Source: an uncultured Acidobacteriota bacterium (GTDB lineage: Bacteria > Acidobacteriota > Thermoanaerobaculia > UBA5066 > Gp7-AA6). From it: a DNA stretch of 64,000 bases. The DNA lies in NCBI GenBank assembly GCA_963764715.1, contig CAVXTP010000010.1:160001-224000 (forward strand), given 5' to 3'. Shown one piece after another: positions 1 through 10,218 of this stretch. Made by a program: the position numbers and the translations under genes. Under the pieces are notes generated by a model. That model was not told the origin of the DNA. It saw only the letters and a program-made list of their open reading frames with translations, and did not search any database. Position 1 is the first letter of the stretch; the number at the start of each line of letters is the position of its first letter.

Positions 1-57
1 TCGTCATGCGGCTTGAGTTCCTGTCTCTTCGTGACTCAACGAACCAGCGGCGCGGGT

Positions 58-393
58 CTACTTGCTTTCCAGGATCTTTCGGATCGCCTTGTAGCCGCCG
101 CCGTTCGCCGCTTTGAAACCGTTCGCTTCGAGAATTTCCTTTGCCTTGCCTGCGCGCCCCCCGGTGCCGCAATAAGTCACGATCGTCCGATCACTCGGCA
201 ACTCATTCAGGCGACTCTTCAATTTCAAGAACGGGATGTTGGTGGCGCCGGGAGCCATGCCCCTCTTCGCCTCGAGCGTCGATCGCACGTCAACGACGAA
301 TGCTCCCTGGTCGATCAGTGTCGCCACGGCTTCTGGCGGCAGCTTTGTGTTCGCCAGCGCGTCGTGTTTTGCCTTCAGTTTCTTGATCAACAT
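58..393 (-). CDS. Rhodanese-like single-domain sulfurtransferase
   Basis: VVDVRS, PGATNIP and active-site loop YCGTGGRA. Confidence 0.88.
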   Translation of the reverse strand: MLIKKLKAKHDALANTKLPPEAVATLIDQGAFVVDVRSTLEAKRGMAPGATNIPFLKLKSRLNELPSDRTIVTYCGTGGRAGKAKEILEANGFKAANGGGYKAIRKILESK

Positions 394-420
394 TTGGCTC
401 TCCCTCTTAGCAGACGGCTG

Positions 421-1125
421 TTACACCTGCGCGCGGTGCCGTGCGGCCCGCCTCTTGTCCGTTCCAACGAGCTTTCCCAGCTTCACCAGCAAGAGCAGGA
501 CGAGCAGGATCGGGGCGAGAAGGGTTCCCACGACACCCTCGAAGACGGTGATCGGGCGACCCTTACCGCGAATTCGGTCGAGAAGGACGTCCACCGTGTT
601 GCCGCTGAGATTCGTGAACGTAATGAAGAACACGTACCCGACGATCTCCCGCACCTGTGCCTGGCTGAAATGGTTGCGAAGAGTCTTCACCGATTCCGGA
701 TCGATCTCGTTGAGATGCTCGGCATAGTGCTGGCCAAACAGAATGGCCGCCGCTTCGGCGGAATCGCTCGCCTTGAGTGAGTCGTCCTGACTGCCGAGTA
801 TCCGGTTGACCTCTTCCAGCGGGATGCCCTGGGATGTCGCCCAGTGGGAATGACCCCACGCGCAGTATCGGCAATCGTTGATCGCGGTGACCCCGAGCAT
901 GACCTTTTCGCGAAGCGCCTTGGATGTTTTCGGCCGAAATATCGACCGGATGATGACGGGAAGCGAAATTGCCATGTTGGCGACCGTTTTCAGGATGTTA
1001 CTCGGCGTAAACGTTCGTTTCGCCACACCTCGGAGGCCTCCGGCGCCGACAGGGTTATCAACGGCTGGCGCCGTGGCGTTCGAGCCCGTCTCCGTTTTGA
1101 CCGGACCGCCAGTTGAGTTCACCAT
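421..1125 (-). CDS. Carboxymuconolactone decarboxylase/AhpD-like protein
   Basis: LREKVMLGVTAINDCRYCAWGH (CxxC..H motif), C-terminal hydrophobic helix. Confidence 0.75.
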   Translation of the reverse strand: MVNSTGGPVKTETGSNATAPAVDNPVGAGGLRGVAKRTFTPSNILKTVANMAISLPVIIRSIFRPKTSKALREKVMLGVTAINDCRYCAWGHSHWATSQGIPLEEVNRILGSQDDSLKASDSAEAAAILFGQHYAEHLNEIDPESVKTLRNHFSQAQVREIVGYVFFITFTNLSGNTVDVLLDRIRGKGRPITVFEGVVGTLLAPILLVLLLLVKLGKLVGTDKRRAARHRAQV

Positions 1126-1159
1126 GAGATTGCCTCCGTGGCTCGATGGCCGCCTCGCC

Positions 1160-2023
1160 TCACTCGAAGAGCACGCCCTTGATGAGCTTGGGAAGCACCG
1201 GAGTCAGCGAGAGCTGGATGTTCCAACGCTGTCCCACGGGATCCGGCTGCGTGACCATGTACTGTCCTGCGAGCGAGATCTTCACGGGAAGCCGTCCGAA
1301 CTTCACGACCTTGCCGACGCCGACGCCGATCGGAACGGTCCAGCGGTCGCTCCCGGAGGCCTCCCAGTTGGCCAGGATGTTGCCCGAGTAACCCACGTTC
1401 CAACCGCCGTCGAAGAACAGGTTCGCGATCGGCTGGATGTTCATCTGACTCGTGTCCGCGCGGCTGGGATCGCCCGCGTAGGACCACCACTGCTGAGGGA
1501 ATACGCCTAGGATGAACTTCTTGGTCATGTAGGCGACGACCGCGGCGGGGCCGACCTGCCATTTGCCCTGCCCCGTGTAGATGGAGCCCGCCGTCGGGAA
1601 GATGAACGTGGGTCCCCCGCCGAGCAGCCAATTCCCGCTCTCGGCCGGCGACAGGAGCTCGAGCTGCGTCCAGTCGCCGAAGTTGGTCGTGCGAGCGTCG
1701 GCCCCCGTGGACGTCTGATAGGGCGCGCTGTTGTAGACCTGGATGACGGGACGCGTGATGAGGTTCCAGTCTTTCGTCAGGCTGACCGGCATGACGGGCT
1801 GGAAGTTCAGGTTGTTGTTCCAGCGGTCGTTCGTGAGCTGAAAGTTGTTGAACTGAAACTGCAGGGACCAGAGATTCGCGACCGGGTTGGCGAGCATTTG
1901 TGCGAGAGCGTTCTCCCTTTCCTTCTGCTCGGCCGGGGTCAACCCCTCCTGGCCCCGGCCGACGGCGCCGACCGCGAGGGCAACGAGGACAATCGACGCG
2001 AATCGCTGGAGCCTGGCCTTCAC
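1160..2023 (-). CDS. Putative outer-membrane beta-barrel protein (LANPVA-type family)
   Basis: GTG start after AAGAGG; signal peptide; LANPVANL, FQPVMP, LITRP, GKWQVGP, WTVPIG motifs; amphipathic strands. Confidence 0.7.
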   Translation of the reverse strand: MKARLQRFASIVLVALAVGAVGRGQEGLTPAEQKERENALAQMLANPVANLWSLQFQFNNFQLTNDRWNNNLNFQPVMPVSLTKDWNLITRPVIQVYNSAPYQTSTGADARTTNFGDWTQLELLSPAESGNWLLGGGPTFIFPTAGSIYTGQGKWQVGPAAVVAYMTKKFILGVFPQQWWSYAGDPSRADTSQMNIQPIANLFFDGGWNVGYSGNILANWEASGSDRWTVPIGVGVGKVVKFGRLPVKISLAGQYMVTQPDPVGQRWNIQLSLTPVLPKLIKGVLFE

Positions 2024-2055
2024 ACGTGACCTCTTGGTAGAAAAAAAATAAGGCG

Positions 2056-2448
2056 TCAATCGAAGGGTCCGGCGTTGTAGACGACGCTCGCGAGCATCAG
2101 GATGCCAAGGAGCGCAATGAGGCAGCCGACGATGAAAGCGAGGCCCCAGGGCTTGTAGGCCCGCACGGGGCTCAATCTTCTGACGTATGTCCAGTACTGC
2201 GTGCACGCGACGACGAGTGCGAAGGTCCCGATGCTAATGAGGGCGATCGCCAGGTTGCGGGGCGCCTGCGGCCGCATGATGAGCACCTTGCTCTGCTCTT
2301 GAACGACCTGCAGGAACTTGTAGATCGTGAACCCGAAGGTGATCATGGCGAGGGAGGTTCGAACCCAGGCCATAAGCGTGCGCTCGGCGGCCATGCGCGT
2401 GCGATCCAGCGCCAGGATGTCGTTGGGTTTCAGCTCCGTGTCACTCAT
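2056..2448 (-). CDS. DUF202/YidH-family membrane protein
   Basis: LALDRTRMAAERTLMAWVRTSLAMITFGF signature; 3 TM segments. Confidence 0.88.
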   Translation of the reverse strand: MSDTELKPNDILALDRTRMAAERTLMAWVRTSLAMITFGFTIYKFLQVVQEQSKVLIMRPQAPRNLAIALISIGTFALVVACTQYWTYVRRLSPVRAYKPWGLAFIVGCLIALLGILMLASVVYNAGPFD

Positions 2449-2506
2449 AGGGCCTCCATAGCCGGCGCTCTCTTCAGTCCGCTTTGGATCGGCTTGGCGT
2501 CGTCAG

Positions 2507-3277
2507 TCACGGAGCAGTCTCCAGGTGCGACAAAGCCAGGAGCAGGGCGGTGTACGACACGGCGCCAATCACGAAGGACCCGTACCGGCTTTCGCTTTCC
2601 TTCGGGAGCTCGGCGATCGCGGCGTTGACGACCACGCCGCCCATCACGAAAGCCACCAGGTTGAACAACCACAGAATCGGAATCTCCAGCGTTGCGGCCG
2701 CTCCCCAGCCGGCCAGGGAGGCTGAGGCCAGCAACAGCGCACCCCGAGGGTGATAGGTCTCACGATAGTGGCTGCTCAGGTTGCTCGAAATCGTGAAGAG
2801 GTGCAGGCCCATGGCCACCGCGAACAGAGCCAGGGTCAGTCCATTCTTCCCGGTCCACACCATCGTGTAGGCGAGGATCCACGCATAGAGGGCGAAACCG
2901 CTCATCTGCAGCCAGGGGCGCCACGATGTTTGACGGCCCCCATGAGCCCCGTGCGCCTGCGGCGCCTGTGGCGTATTGGCCATCTTCTCGAGCCCGAAGA
3001 AGACGAGGAAGCCAACCATGGTCCACAGGTAGACGCCATGCTCCGGGAACACCATGGATTTGCTCAGGGAGCGTGTCTGGATCTCCCGGATCGTGTGCAG
3101 CGCTGGCAGCACATGGACGAACGTGTAGGCCACCGACACGCCGGCCGCGAAGGAAAGGAACCGTCGGTGGCCGATCCGGCCCGGCCCGGGAGCTGCCCGG
3201 CCGCCGAACAGAAAGACGCCGGCGAACAGCAGCGCAACTCCGAGTGTCGGCAGCAGATGTAACTCAGACGTCGCCAT
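2507..3277 (-). CDS. Multi-pass membrane protein, possibly ZIP-like metal transporter
   Basis: FLSFAAGVSVAYTFVHVLP, AMGLH, AELP motifs; about 8 hydrophobic segments. Confidence 0.6.
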   Translation of the reverse strand: MATSELHLLPTLGVALLFAGVFLFGGRAAPGPGRIGHRRFLSFAAGVSVAYTFVHVLPALHTIREIQTRSLSKSMVFPEHGVYLWTMVGFLVFFGLEKMANTPQAPQAHGAHGGRQTSWRPWLQMSGFALYAWILAYTMVWTGKNGLTLALFAVAMGLHLFTISSNLSSHYRETYHPRGALLLASASLAGWGAAATLEIPILWLFNLVAFVMGGVVVNAAIAELPKESESRYGSFVIGAVSYTALLLALSHLETAP

Positions 3278-3344
3278 GTTCCTCGCAATTCTTCGCCGTG
3301 GCGGGGCCTGCCCGTTCGGGCAGGCCCCATCCCGTCATCAACAC

Positions 3345-3740
3345 TTACTTCTTCATCTTCGCGAAATGCTCCTGAATTATCTTGGCTTGCGAAGCCAACC
3401 CGCCAGCGGTGCTGAACTGGATGATCTCGGCCCCTTCCTCCGAGATGAAGTTGTGCGGAGCTGGCCAGTAGCACGCTTCCCCGGCACGACAAATCTCAAC
3501 GGTCCCGTCGAGGTAAATGACCTTCAACGAACCCTTCAAGACGTAAGCCCAATGTTCAACCCCGCACAGATCGTGCGCCAGTCCCTTCCCAGCCAGAATC
3601 TGTGTGAAATCAGTACCCGGGGCAAAGACGTGGTAGGCGCACTGCATGCCGTTCCAGTTCTCCTCCCAGATTTTGAGGCCCGGGGTGTTCTGGGTGACGA
3701 TGTCGTCGACCGGGCGCATGTCCGTCAATTTCTTTCTCAT
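3345..3740 (-). CDS. Cupin-domain protein
   Basis: CGVEHWAYVLKG...GEACYWPAPHN cupin-like motifs; AGGAG RBS. Confidence 0.7.
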   Translation of the reverse strand: MRKKLTDMRPVDDIVTQNTPGLKIWEENWNGMQCAYHVFAPGTDFTQILAGKGLAHDLCGVEHWAYVLKGSLKVIYLDGTVEICRAGEACYWPAPHNFISEEGAEIIQFSTAGGLASQAKIIQEHFAKMKK

Positions 3741-3941
3741 GGTTTGCTCCTTCTTGTGCCTCACCGGACCGGCGGTGACGGCGATCTTTCAAAGCCAGAC
3801 CCGGTCGCCTGGATCGCGATGCCGCGCTGTTCCATCGGGTTCTTCAGATCGAATTTCCCCTCCCTGTTGGTCGTAGAGTCACTGGGCCCAGGCTCGGCGC
3901 CCCAGGTCAGCATCGGCACACGGCGAAGAAGGGACATGGGA

Positions 3942-4352
3942 TCAACCCTCATGGCGGGCCTTGCGGTAGAGCAGGCGGGCGGTGCGAGTTATAGGCCCGC
4001 GAACCAGAACGTAGGGCACGACGGCGCAGAGGACCGCCACGATCAGCACCTGCACGGGGTAGACAAAGCGGAAGACCATCACCTGGTACACGGTGTCGAG
4101 CGCGACGGCCATGATGAAGACCTTGCCGATGTCCTTGAGCGCGCTGCGGAAGAGCCGGTTCCGCTCGACGGGGTCCTTGATGAACGCCCCCAGGAACGCG
4201 GGCCGCCCTTCCCGGGCATCCTCCCAGTCGGCGCGCAAGGCGAGGACGGTGACGACGATGGGCATGACCACCAGCCGGAAGTTCAGCGGTCCTCTCAGCC
4301 GATCGATGAGCTGCCCGAAACCGCGCGCCACCATTTCCAGAAAGTTGTTCAT
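3942..4352 (-). CDS. Hypothetical membrane protein
   Basis: GPLNFRLVVMP...PYVLVRGP; 3 hydrophobic segments. Confidence 0.65.
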   Translation of the reverse strand: MNNFLEMVARGFGQLIDRLRGPLNFRLVVMPIVVTVLALRADWEDAREGRPAFLGAFIKDPVERNRLFRSALKDIGKVFIMAVALDTVYQVMVFRFVYPVQVLIVAVLCAVVPYVLVRGPITRTARLLYRKARHEG

Positions 4353-4367
4353 CTCACCTGCCTCGTC

Positions 4368-6064
4368 TTACCTCTCCAGGACCATCGCCCGCGACAGCAT
4401 GCCGCCGGAGAGAACCCGGGCCTTGAAGCCGTTCTGGAGCAGGATCCGCGCCGCGAAATAGGCGCGGCCCGCGGAGCGGCAAATGGTCAGGATCTCCCGG
4501 TCCTTCGGGAGTTCGCCGAGTCGCGCGCGGAGCTGGGGCAGCGGGATGTTGACCGCGCCCGGTACGGTCTCGACGACGAGCTCGACCGGCATGCGCACGT
4601 CGAGGAGGAAGGCGCCATCCGTCTCGCCCCAGTGGGCGAGCGGCATGTCGCCGTGGAGGACGTCGCCCGGGACCATCCCGGCGAAGTTGACCGCGTCCTT
4701 CGCGCTGCCGAACTGCGGCGCATAGCAGAGCTCGGCCTCTTCGAGGTCCTTCACCGTCGCCTTCATCTGGAGGGCCATCGCGAGGGCGCTGATTCGCTTG
4801 TCCACTCCCGGCCCGTCCTCGCCCAGGCACTGCGCCCCGAGGAGACGGCCGTCGGATTTCCGGAAGAGGACCTTCAGCCCGAGCATCTTCGCGCCCGGGT
4901 AGTAGCCGGCGTGAGCGTTCGGGAAGATGTAGGCCTTCTCGTAGTCGGTGTCGCCGTTGCGCTTGAGCGTCTTCTCGTTGACGCCGGTCCAGGCGACGGC
5001 GGCGCCGAAGAGCCCGATGATCGAGGTCCCCTGGGTGCCGCGGAAGCGGGAGTCGCGCCCCGCGATGACGTCGGCCGCGATCCGCCCCTGGCGGTTCGCC
5101 GGCCCGGCCAGCGCGACGAGGCTCCATTGCCCGGTGACCCAGTCCTTCACCTCGACCACGTCGCCGACGGCGAAGATGTCCGGATCGCTCGTGCGCATGT
5201 GCTCGTCGACGCGGATTCCTCCGCGCTCGCCGATCTCGAGGCCGGCGGCCTTCGCCAGCGTCGTGTCGGGACGCACGCCGAGGGCGAGGATCACGACGTC
5301 GGCCGGGATAGCCCTTGCCGGATTTCGTCTTCACCTCGATCGCGCCGCCTTCGAGCTGCGTGAACTCCGCGACGCCGTCGGCGAGCGCGAGCCGGACGCC
5401 GTGGCGCTTCAGGTGCTCCTCGACGAGCCGGGCGAACTCCCGGTCGAGAGGAGCGAGGACCTGGTCGAGCATCTCGACGAGCGTCACCTCGAAGCCCGCG
5501 TGGACGAGGTTCTCGGCCGTCTCGAGGCCGATGAAGCCGCCGCCGATGACGACGGCCCGTCTTCGGCGGCTTGACGAACTGGATGCCCGAGTAGTTGAAC
5601 ACGCCGGCGAGAAAGGCGGTCCCCTTCTCGATCCACTCCTTGACCGCGTGGGCGTCCGGAACGGTCCGGACCTGGAAGATGCCGGGCAGGTCGATGCCCG
5701 GCAGCGGGGGCCGGATCGAGGCGGCGCCGGGCGACAGGACGAGCTTGTCGTAGCTCTCGGTCGTCGTCTCGCCGGTCGAGACGTTCTTCAGCTCGACGGT
5801 CTTCTGCTTCCGGTCGATCGAGACCGCCTCGCAGCGCGTCCTGACGTCGATGTTGAAGAACCCCTTGAAGAACTGTTCGTTTGCGAGGAGGAGGCTGGAC
5901 TCCTTCGGGATCACGCCGGAGATGTGGTACGGGAGGCCGCAGTTGGCGTACGAGACGTACGGTCCGCGCTCCACCATCAGGATCTCGGCCTTCTCGTCCA
6001 GCCGCCGCAGGCGCGCCGCGCAGGAGGCGCCTCCCGCCACGCCGCCGACGATGATGACTTTCAT
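4368..6064 (-). CDS. CoA-disulfide reductase with C-terminal rhodanese domain (two frameshifts, ~5560 and ~5306)
   Basis: GGVAGG FAD motif, SYANCGLPY redox Cys, GGGFIGLE, GDVVE, YAPQF, rhodanese loop CRSAGRA; reading joins three ORF fragments. Confidence 0.88.
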
Positions 6065-6113
6065 GCCGCCTCCTCCTCGCGTCGCGCAGATCCGGTGGAC
6101 ATCGCGACTTCGG

Positions 6114-6699
6114 TCATGACACCGGCGCGGGTGCCGGCGATCTCATCTGCTGGGAGGCGCCTTCTTCGATGATGATCTTTTCGGGATCGACGTCGTAGAC
6201 CCAGGGCGCCGAGTTCTTCCAGCCGTTCTTCATCCGCTTGCCGTGGAAGACGCTCTCGGGATCGTCCACGGTGTCTCCTTCGATCCCGTCGACGATGTTG
6301 TAGGCGGTGGTGAATCCGGCCGCCGCGAGCTGGTTCACGCCCATGGCGCCCCGGCCGCCGGACCGGCACGTGACGAGCAGGACGTCGGACGGCTTCGCGA
6401 TCTCCTTGACCTGCGCGACGAATGCCGTGTTCATCTGCGGCGCGTACGTGAACTTGTCGTCCTTTCTCTGGTAGCTCACGAAGGCGACCGGGATGTTCCA
6501 GGCCATCTGCGGGTGACCGACGAAGGCCCACTCTTCCGGGGTCCGCACGTCGATGATCTTCACCTCGTCTGGCGCGGCCTTCCACATGTCGTAGGCCTGC
6601 GCGGCGGTCACATAGAGACCGAGCGTCGTCTGTTTCATCTTCGGAAGCTGGGCGCCCGTCACCGTGGTCGACGGGCTCCTGAGCTCGAGTCGTTGCCAT
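6114..6699 (-). CDS. Rhodanese-like sulfurtransferase (frameshift near 6675)
   Basis: IIDVRTPEEWAFVGHP, CRSGGRG, DGIEGD, NGWKNS; GGAGG RBS before ATG 6699 in a shifted frame. Confidence 0.82.
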
Positions 6700-6774
6700 G
6701 AGCAACCTCCCATTCGTTCCGTCAGGAGCGGGAGCCGGGGGGCGCCGCGGCCCCCCGGGTCGATGGATTCCTCG

Positions 6775-7452
6775 TCACGGCACGTAGTTGGCGCTGGTGT
6801 CCGCGCCATAGCCGCAGCCCTGGTACGTGCAGTGGAGATCGTCGCGCAGGATGGCGGCCCATCCGCCGGCGCGGCCCGTATCCAGCGAAAGGTTCTCCGT
6901 GAGCACCTTGGTCTCGAACGTCCAGCCCTTGGGCAGGTTCTTCAGCTTGCTCCCCACCGTGTCGAGGTTGTCGGGGGTCAGGCTCGAATCGACCGCCTTG
7001 GTGTATTCCTGCAGGACCCAGACGGGACCGCCCGGCTCGCGCAGCAGATGCACGGGCTTGCCCTTGTGCCAGGTCCAGATCGTGTTGCGCTGGATCAACG
7101 AGGGCACGTAAGCGCTCTGGAACTGGGTCATCATTTCGGCCCCGGTCATGTCGCCCGCCCAATTCATCTTGACGCCATGGAAATCGACGCTGTCGCCGCC
7201 GGCGTAATCCACTTCGTCCATCATCCAGAAGCGGCCGCTGTTGACCGCGCACTGGTCCACTCCGAGCTCCCGCGCCAGCTTCTCCGGATCGATCTTCTTG
7301 TAGTCGTCCGGGCCGACCGGAAGGGAGGCCGCCGTATAGACGTGAGCCCGCTGTGTCTTGCCGATGCCGACGAAGGCGCCCATTCCGCAGAACGCGGCAC
7401 CGCGGGTGTTGTTGGCGTGGACCCTGCGGGTGGGACCGGGCTTGAGTTTCAT
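6775..7452 (-). CDS. Conserved hypothetical protein
   Basis: AGGAGG RBS; natural composition (RFWMMDE, LPKGWTF, LRDDL..TYQ). Confidence 0.65.
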   Translation of the reverse strand: MKLKPGPTRRVHANNTRGAAFCGMGAFVGIGKTQRAHVYTAASLPVGPDDYKKIDPEKLARELGVDQCAVNSGRFWMMDEVDYAGGDSVDFHGVKMNWAGDMTGAEMMTQFQSAYVPSLIQRNTIWTWHKGKPVHLLREPGGPVWVLQEYTKAVDSSLTPDNLDTVGSKLKNLPKGWTFETKVLTENLSLDTGRAGGWAAILRDDLHCTYQGCGYGADTSANYVP

Positions 7453-7539
7453 GTCGTGGACCTCCTTCTTGGATTCCTCGAGGTTGCGCTCGTTGTCATG
7501 ACTGTGTTTCTCCTTTCGGTCTTCGGTTTCGTTGCGTGA

Positions 7540-8325
7540 CTAGAATCTGAAGCCGCCCGCGAGCAGCGGCCCCTGAGTCAGGACGTCCCATCGGAAATAG
7601 TCGACTCCCGAGCCCGTCTCGAAGTCCTGGTCGAGCCATCGGTAGCCGATTCCCAGGCTGACGACGCGCGACACCTGCCAGTTCACCCGGGCGATGGCCT
7701 GCCAGGTGAAGTTGGAGCCGACGTGGAAGCCGCCGACGTCGCCGCGCATCTGCAGCTGGAAGGCCTTCGAAAGGGGCAGGAAGGCCTGGGCGCCGACGAT
7801 CGGGTCGAACCAGTCCTCCTCGATCTTCGCCTCGCTGGTGCTCCCGGGAGTCGTCAGCGTGACCGTCGTCCGGAGGTGCGTGTAGCGCCCGCCGGCGAGC
7901 AGCTCGAAGGACTTCGAGATCCTCCAGGCGCCGTCGAGCTCGGCGATGAACTCCTTGACGTCGACCTCCGCCGTGCTGAGCTCCTGGGTGCCCGTGCCGT
8001 CGCCTCCGACGTTCATGTAGATGACGTCGGCCAGCACGGCCCACTTCCGGGCCTCGCCGCGATAGTCGGCGAGCGCCGCGAACTTCAGGTTCCCGAGGAC
8101 GTCCGAGGCGTTCACGTCGATCTGCGTTTGGAGCCGGGCGACGTCGACCGTTCCCGAGATCCAGGGCAGCAGCAGGTAGAGCTCGACGTAGTTGCAGAAC
8201 TCGTTGCTCGTCGAGGCAGCCGGACTCTCCTGCGCGACGGCGCAGGGCGCGAGGAGCGCGATCGAGAGGACGGCAGCCACAATGGCGGGCAAGACTCGGC
8301 CTTTCGACCGCAAGACTCTCGTCAT
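7540..8325 (-). CDS. Putative outer-membrane beta-barrel protein
   Basis: Signal peptide; WFDPIVGA, GDVGGF, GYRWLD motifs; terminal GFRF. Confidence 0.72.
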   Translation of the reverse strand: MTRVLRSKGRVLPAIVAAVLSIALLAPCAVAQESPAASTSNEFCNYVELYLLLPWISGTVDVARLQTQIDVNASDVLGNLKFAALADYRGEARKWAVLADVIYMNVGGDGTGTQELSTAEVDVKEFIAELDGAWRISKSFELLAGGRYTHLRTTVTLTTPGSTSEAKIEEDWFDPIVGAQAFLPLSKAFQLQMRGDVGGFHVGSNFTWQAIARVNWQVSRVVSLGIGYRWLDQDFETGSGVDYFRWDVLTQGPLLAGGFRF

Positions 8326-8735
8326 CGTGTCTCCTTCGTCGCGGCCGCTTCCGGTGCCGCTCCGATCCCGCGAAGCTTGTCCACCGCCGGGAGCAGGTCC
8401 GTCACGATCGCGCGCTTGAGTACGAAGGCGTCGGCACCGGCCTCGAGGGCCGCGCGGCGGACGCTCGGCTCGTCGTGGACGCTCAGAACGATCACACCGA
8501 GCCCGGGGGAACGCTGGCGCAGCGTGCGCAGCCACCCGAGCCCGCTGCCCTGCGCCAGCGAGAGATCCACGACCGCGACGTCGGGCTTGATCCGGGCCGC
8601 GGCCTCGAGCAGCGACGTCTCCTCGGCCACCATGACGACCGTTCCGAACGCCGTTTCGAGGAGACCGCGCACGGCCTCGGTGAGACCGTGATGCCGATCC
8701 GCCAGGAGCACGCAGCTTGGAGATGTTTCGGGCAT
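8322..8735 (-). CDS. Single-domain response regulator receiver
   Basis: VLLAD, PDVAVVDLSL, IVLSVH, GADAFVLK; no output domain. Confidence 0.8.
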   Translation of the reverse strand: MPETSPSCVLLADRHHGLTEAVRGLLETAFGTVVMVAEETSLLEAAARIKPDVAVVDLSLAQGSGLGWLRTLRQRSPGLGVIVLSVHDEPSVRRAALEAGADAFVLKRAIVTDLLPAVDKLRGIGAAPEAAATKETR

Positions 8736-8772
8736 CGAGGTCTCCTGTTCCGCGGCTGATCGCCGCGATTGA

Positions 8773-8842
8773 AAGCTACGCGACCGCGGAAGCGTTGTGA
8801 CCTCGGGAAATCCCGGGTAACCGCCCGCGGGAAATTGCGAGG
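8773..8842 (-). promoter_or_regulatory. Sigma70-like promoter (GTCACA-N17-TAGCTT) with upstream operator, copy 1
   Basis: 8796-8842 matches 10242-10288 at 45/47 nt; contains CGGGAAATCCCG and a second CGGGAAAT 24 bp away. Confidence 0.72.
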
Positions 8843-8987
8843 GAGCCGGAGTCGCGAACGGCGGTTTCTCCGCCGAGGCTCGGCTATGCAACGAGCGGCG
8901 CCTCGCTGCCGAGGGCGCCGCTCGACCCAAGAGTCACTTTGGCTGGATCCGATCTTTCGGGTCCCGGCCCCGTCGGCCTCTAACCGC

Positions 8988-9284
8988 TCAGTCGACGTTG
9001 ACGACGACGTATTGCGAGCCGGACGCCTGGTAGTAGGTCCCGCCGCATTGGTGCAGGCTGACGTTCTCGACGACGACGGTGGTGCATGCCGGCGGCAGGG
9101 TGGCCACGAGGATCGCCGTCCGGCGGATGACGCGACGTGTCGTCCGGCGGGCGACACCGGCCACCGGCCTTCCGGGTGCTCCGACTCCGACGCCGCGCGG
9201 GGGCACGCGCCCATCAATGGTCAGCGAGGCGCCGAGCAGGGCGGAGACCAGGAGGGCCCGGCGCAGGGATTGTTTCGTGCTCAT
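8988..9284 (-). CDS. Small secreted protein with AGVARRTTRR motif
   Basis: Signal peptide; VAGVARRTTRR; Cys pair (LPPAC...QCGGTYY); overlaps upstream gene. Confidence 0.68.
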   Translation of the reverse strand: MSTKQSLRRALLVSALLGASLTIDGRVPPRGVGVGAPGRPVAGVARRTTRRVIRRTAILVATLPPACTTVVVENVSLHQCGGTYYQASGSQYVVVNVD

Positions 9285-10129
9285 GGTTTCTCCTCTCCGA
9301 TCTCGACTTCACCGGTCCCGGTGAGCCGAAGCGACGTGATCCGTTTGGCGCCCGCGGGCGGCGTGAAATCGAAGCGGCCGGCCGGGATCTTCGGCTGAAT
9401 GTCCCAGTCCCGGAGGAGCACCGTGAACTCCGGCGCCGAGGTCATCCACTTCGTGGTGATGACGTACTTCATGGGAAGCGGCTTGTCGCCGGTCTGGATC
9501 CAGATCTGCCAGTCGACCTTCGACGCCCGGAACGCCAGATGATGACATTCCACTCCGTTCACCGAGGTCGTGCCGATGTACTGGCCGCTCGTCACGTCGG
9601 TGAGAAGGCCGGGCAACGGGTCGGAGTACAGCAGATCCGCGCCTGCAAGCTCGAAACCGGTCTCTTCGCCCAGAGCGGTGATGGCGTGATCGAGCGACCC
9701 GGGCGCCGCCATCTGGTAGTAGGCGCCCCGCGACGTGGAGGAGATCGTCACGGTCTTGCCGTCGATGAAGAGCTCGAAGCTTCCGTACGGCGTCCGGCGC
9801 TGCGAGTAGAAGCTTCCGGGCCGGCTGAGCACGAAGTTTCCGGAGCTCGCGAGCTGCAGTTTCTGCCCGTTCATGTCGACGACCTCGGTGTCGACCTCGG
9901 CCTGTGCGCTGTAGGCCGAGAGACGCCCCATGTATTTCGACATCGCCCGCAGGACCTCATCGGCGTCCGGGTCGATGCCGCTGGCGCCGCTCATGGCCGG
10001 CGCGCCGGCGAGACCCAGCGCCGCGACGAGAGCCGCCATGGAGAGGATGCCTCGGATCCTGGTGAATCGACCCTTCATCTTGCCCGTCGCCGCACCGGCC
10101 GCCGCGGCCCAGGTCTTCGGTCTGTTCAT
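9281..10129 (-). CDS. DUF2092-family periplasmic protein
   Basis: LRAMSKYM, GQKLQL, CHHLAFR..VDWQIWI..GDKPLP.KYVIT. Confidence 0.82.
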   Translation of the reverse strand: MNRPKTWAAAAGAATGKMKGRFTRIRGILSMAALVAALGLAGAPAMSGASGIDPDADEVLRAMSKYMGRLSAYSAQAEVDTEVVDMNGQKLQLASSGNFVLSRPGSFYSQRRTPYGSFELFIDGKTVTISSTSRGAYYQMAAPGSLDHAITALGEETGFELAGADLLYSDPLPGLLTDVTSGQYIGTTSVNGVECHHLAFRASKVDWQIWIQTGDKPLPMKYVITTKWMTSAPEFTVLLRDWDIQPKIPAGRFDFTPPAGAKRITSLRLTGTGEVEIGEEKP

Positions 10130-10218
10130 CGTGCTTCCTCCTTGTTCAGTCCCGGAGCGATCGATCGTTTGAACCGGCGAGGAGCTTCGTCTTCACGAAG
10201 CGGCTGGCCTCGATTCCG

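Noticed and set aside
2039-2052. A-rich run as a terminator
   Set aside because: No adjacent GC stem; it lies in a short gap inside a co-directional run
3761-3952. 63-aa ORF between the cupin and membrane-protein genes
   Set aside because: No recognisable motif and no clear RBS; cannot be supported
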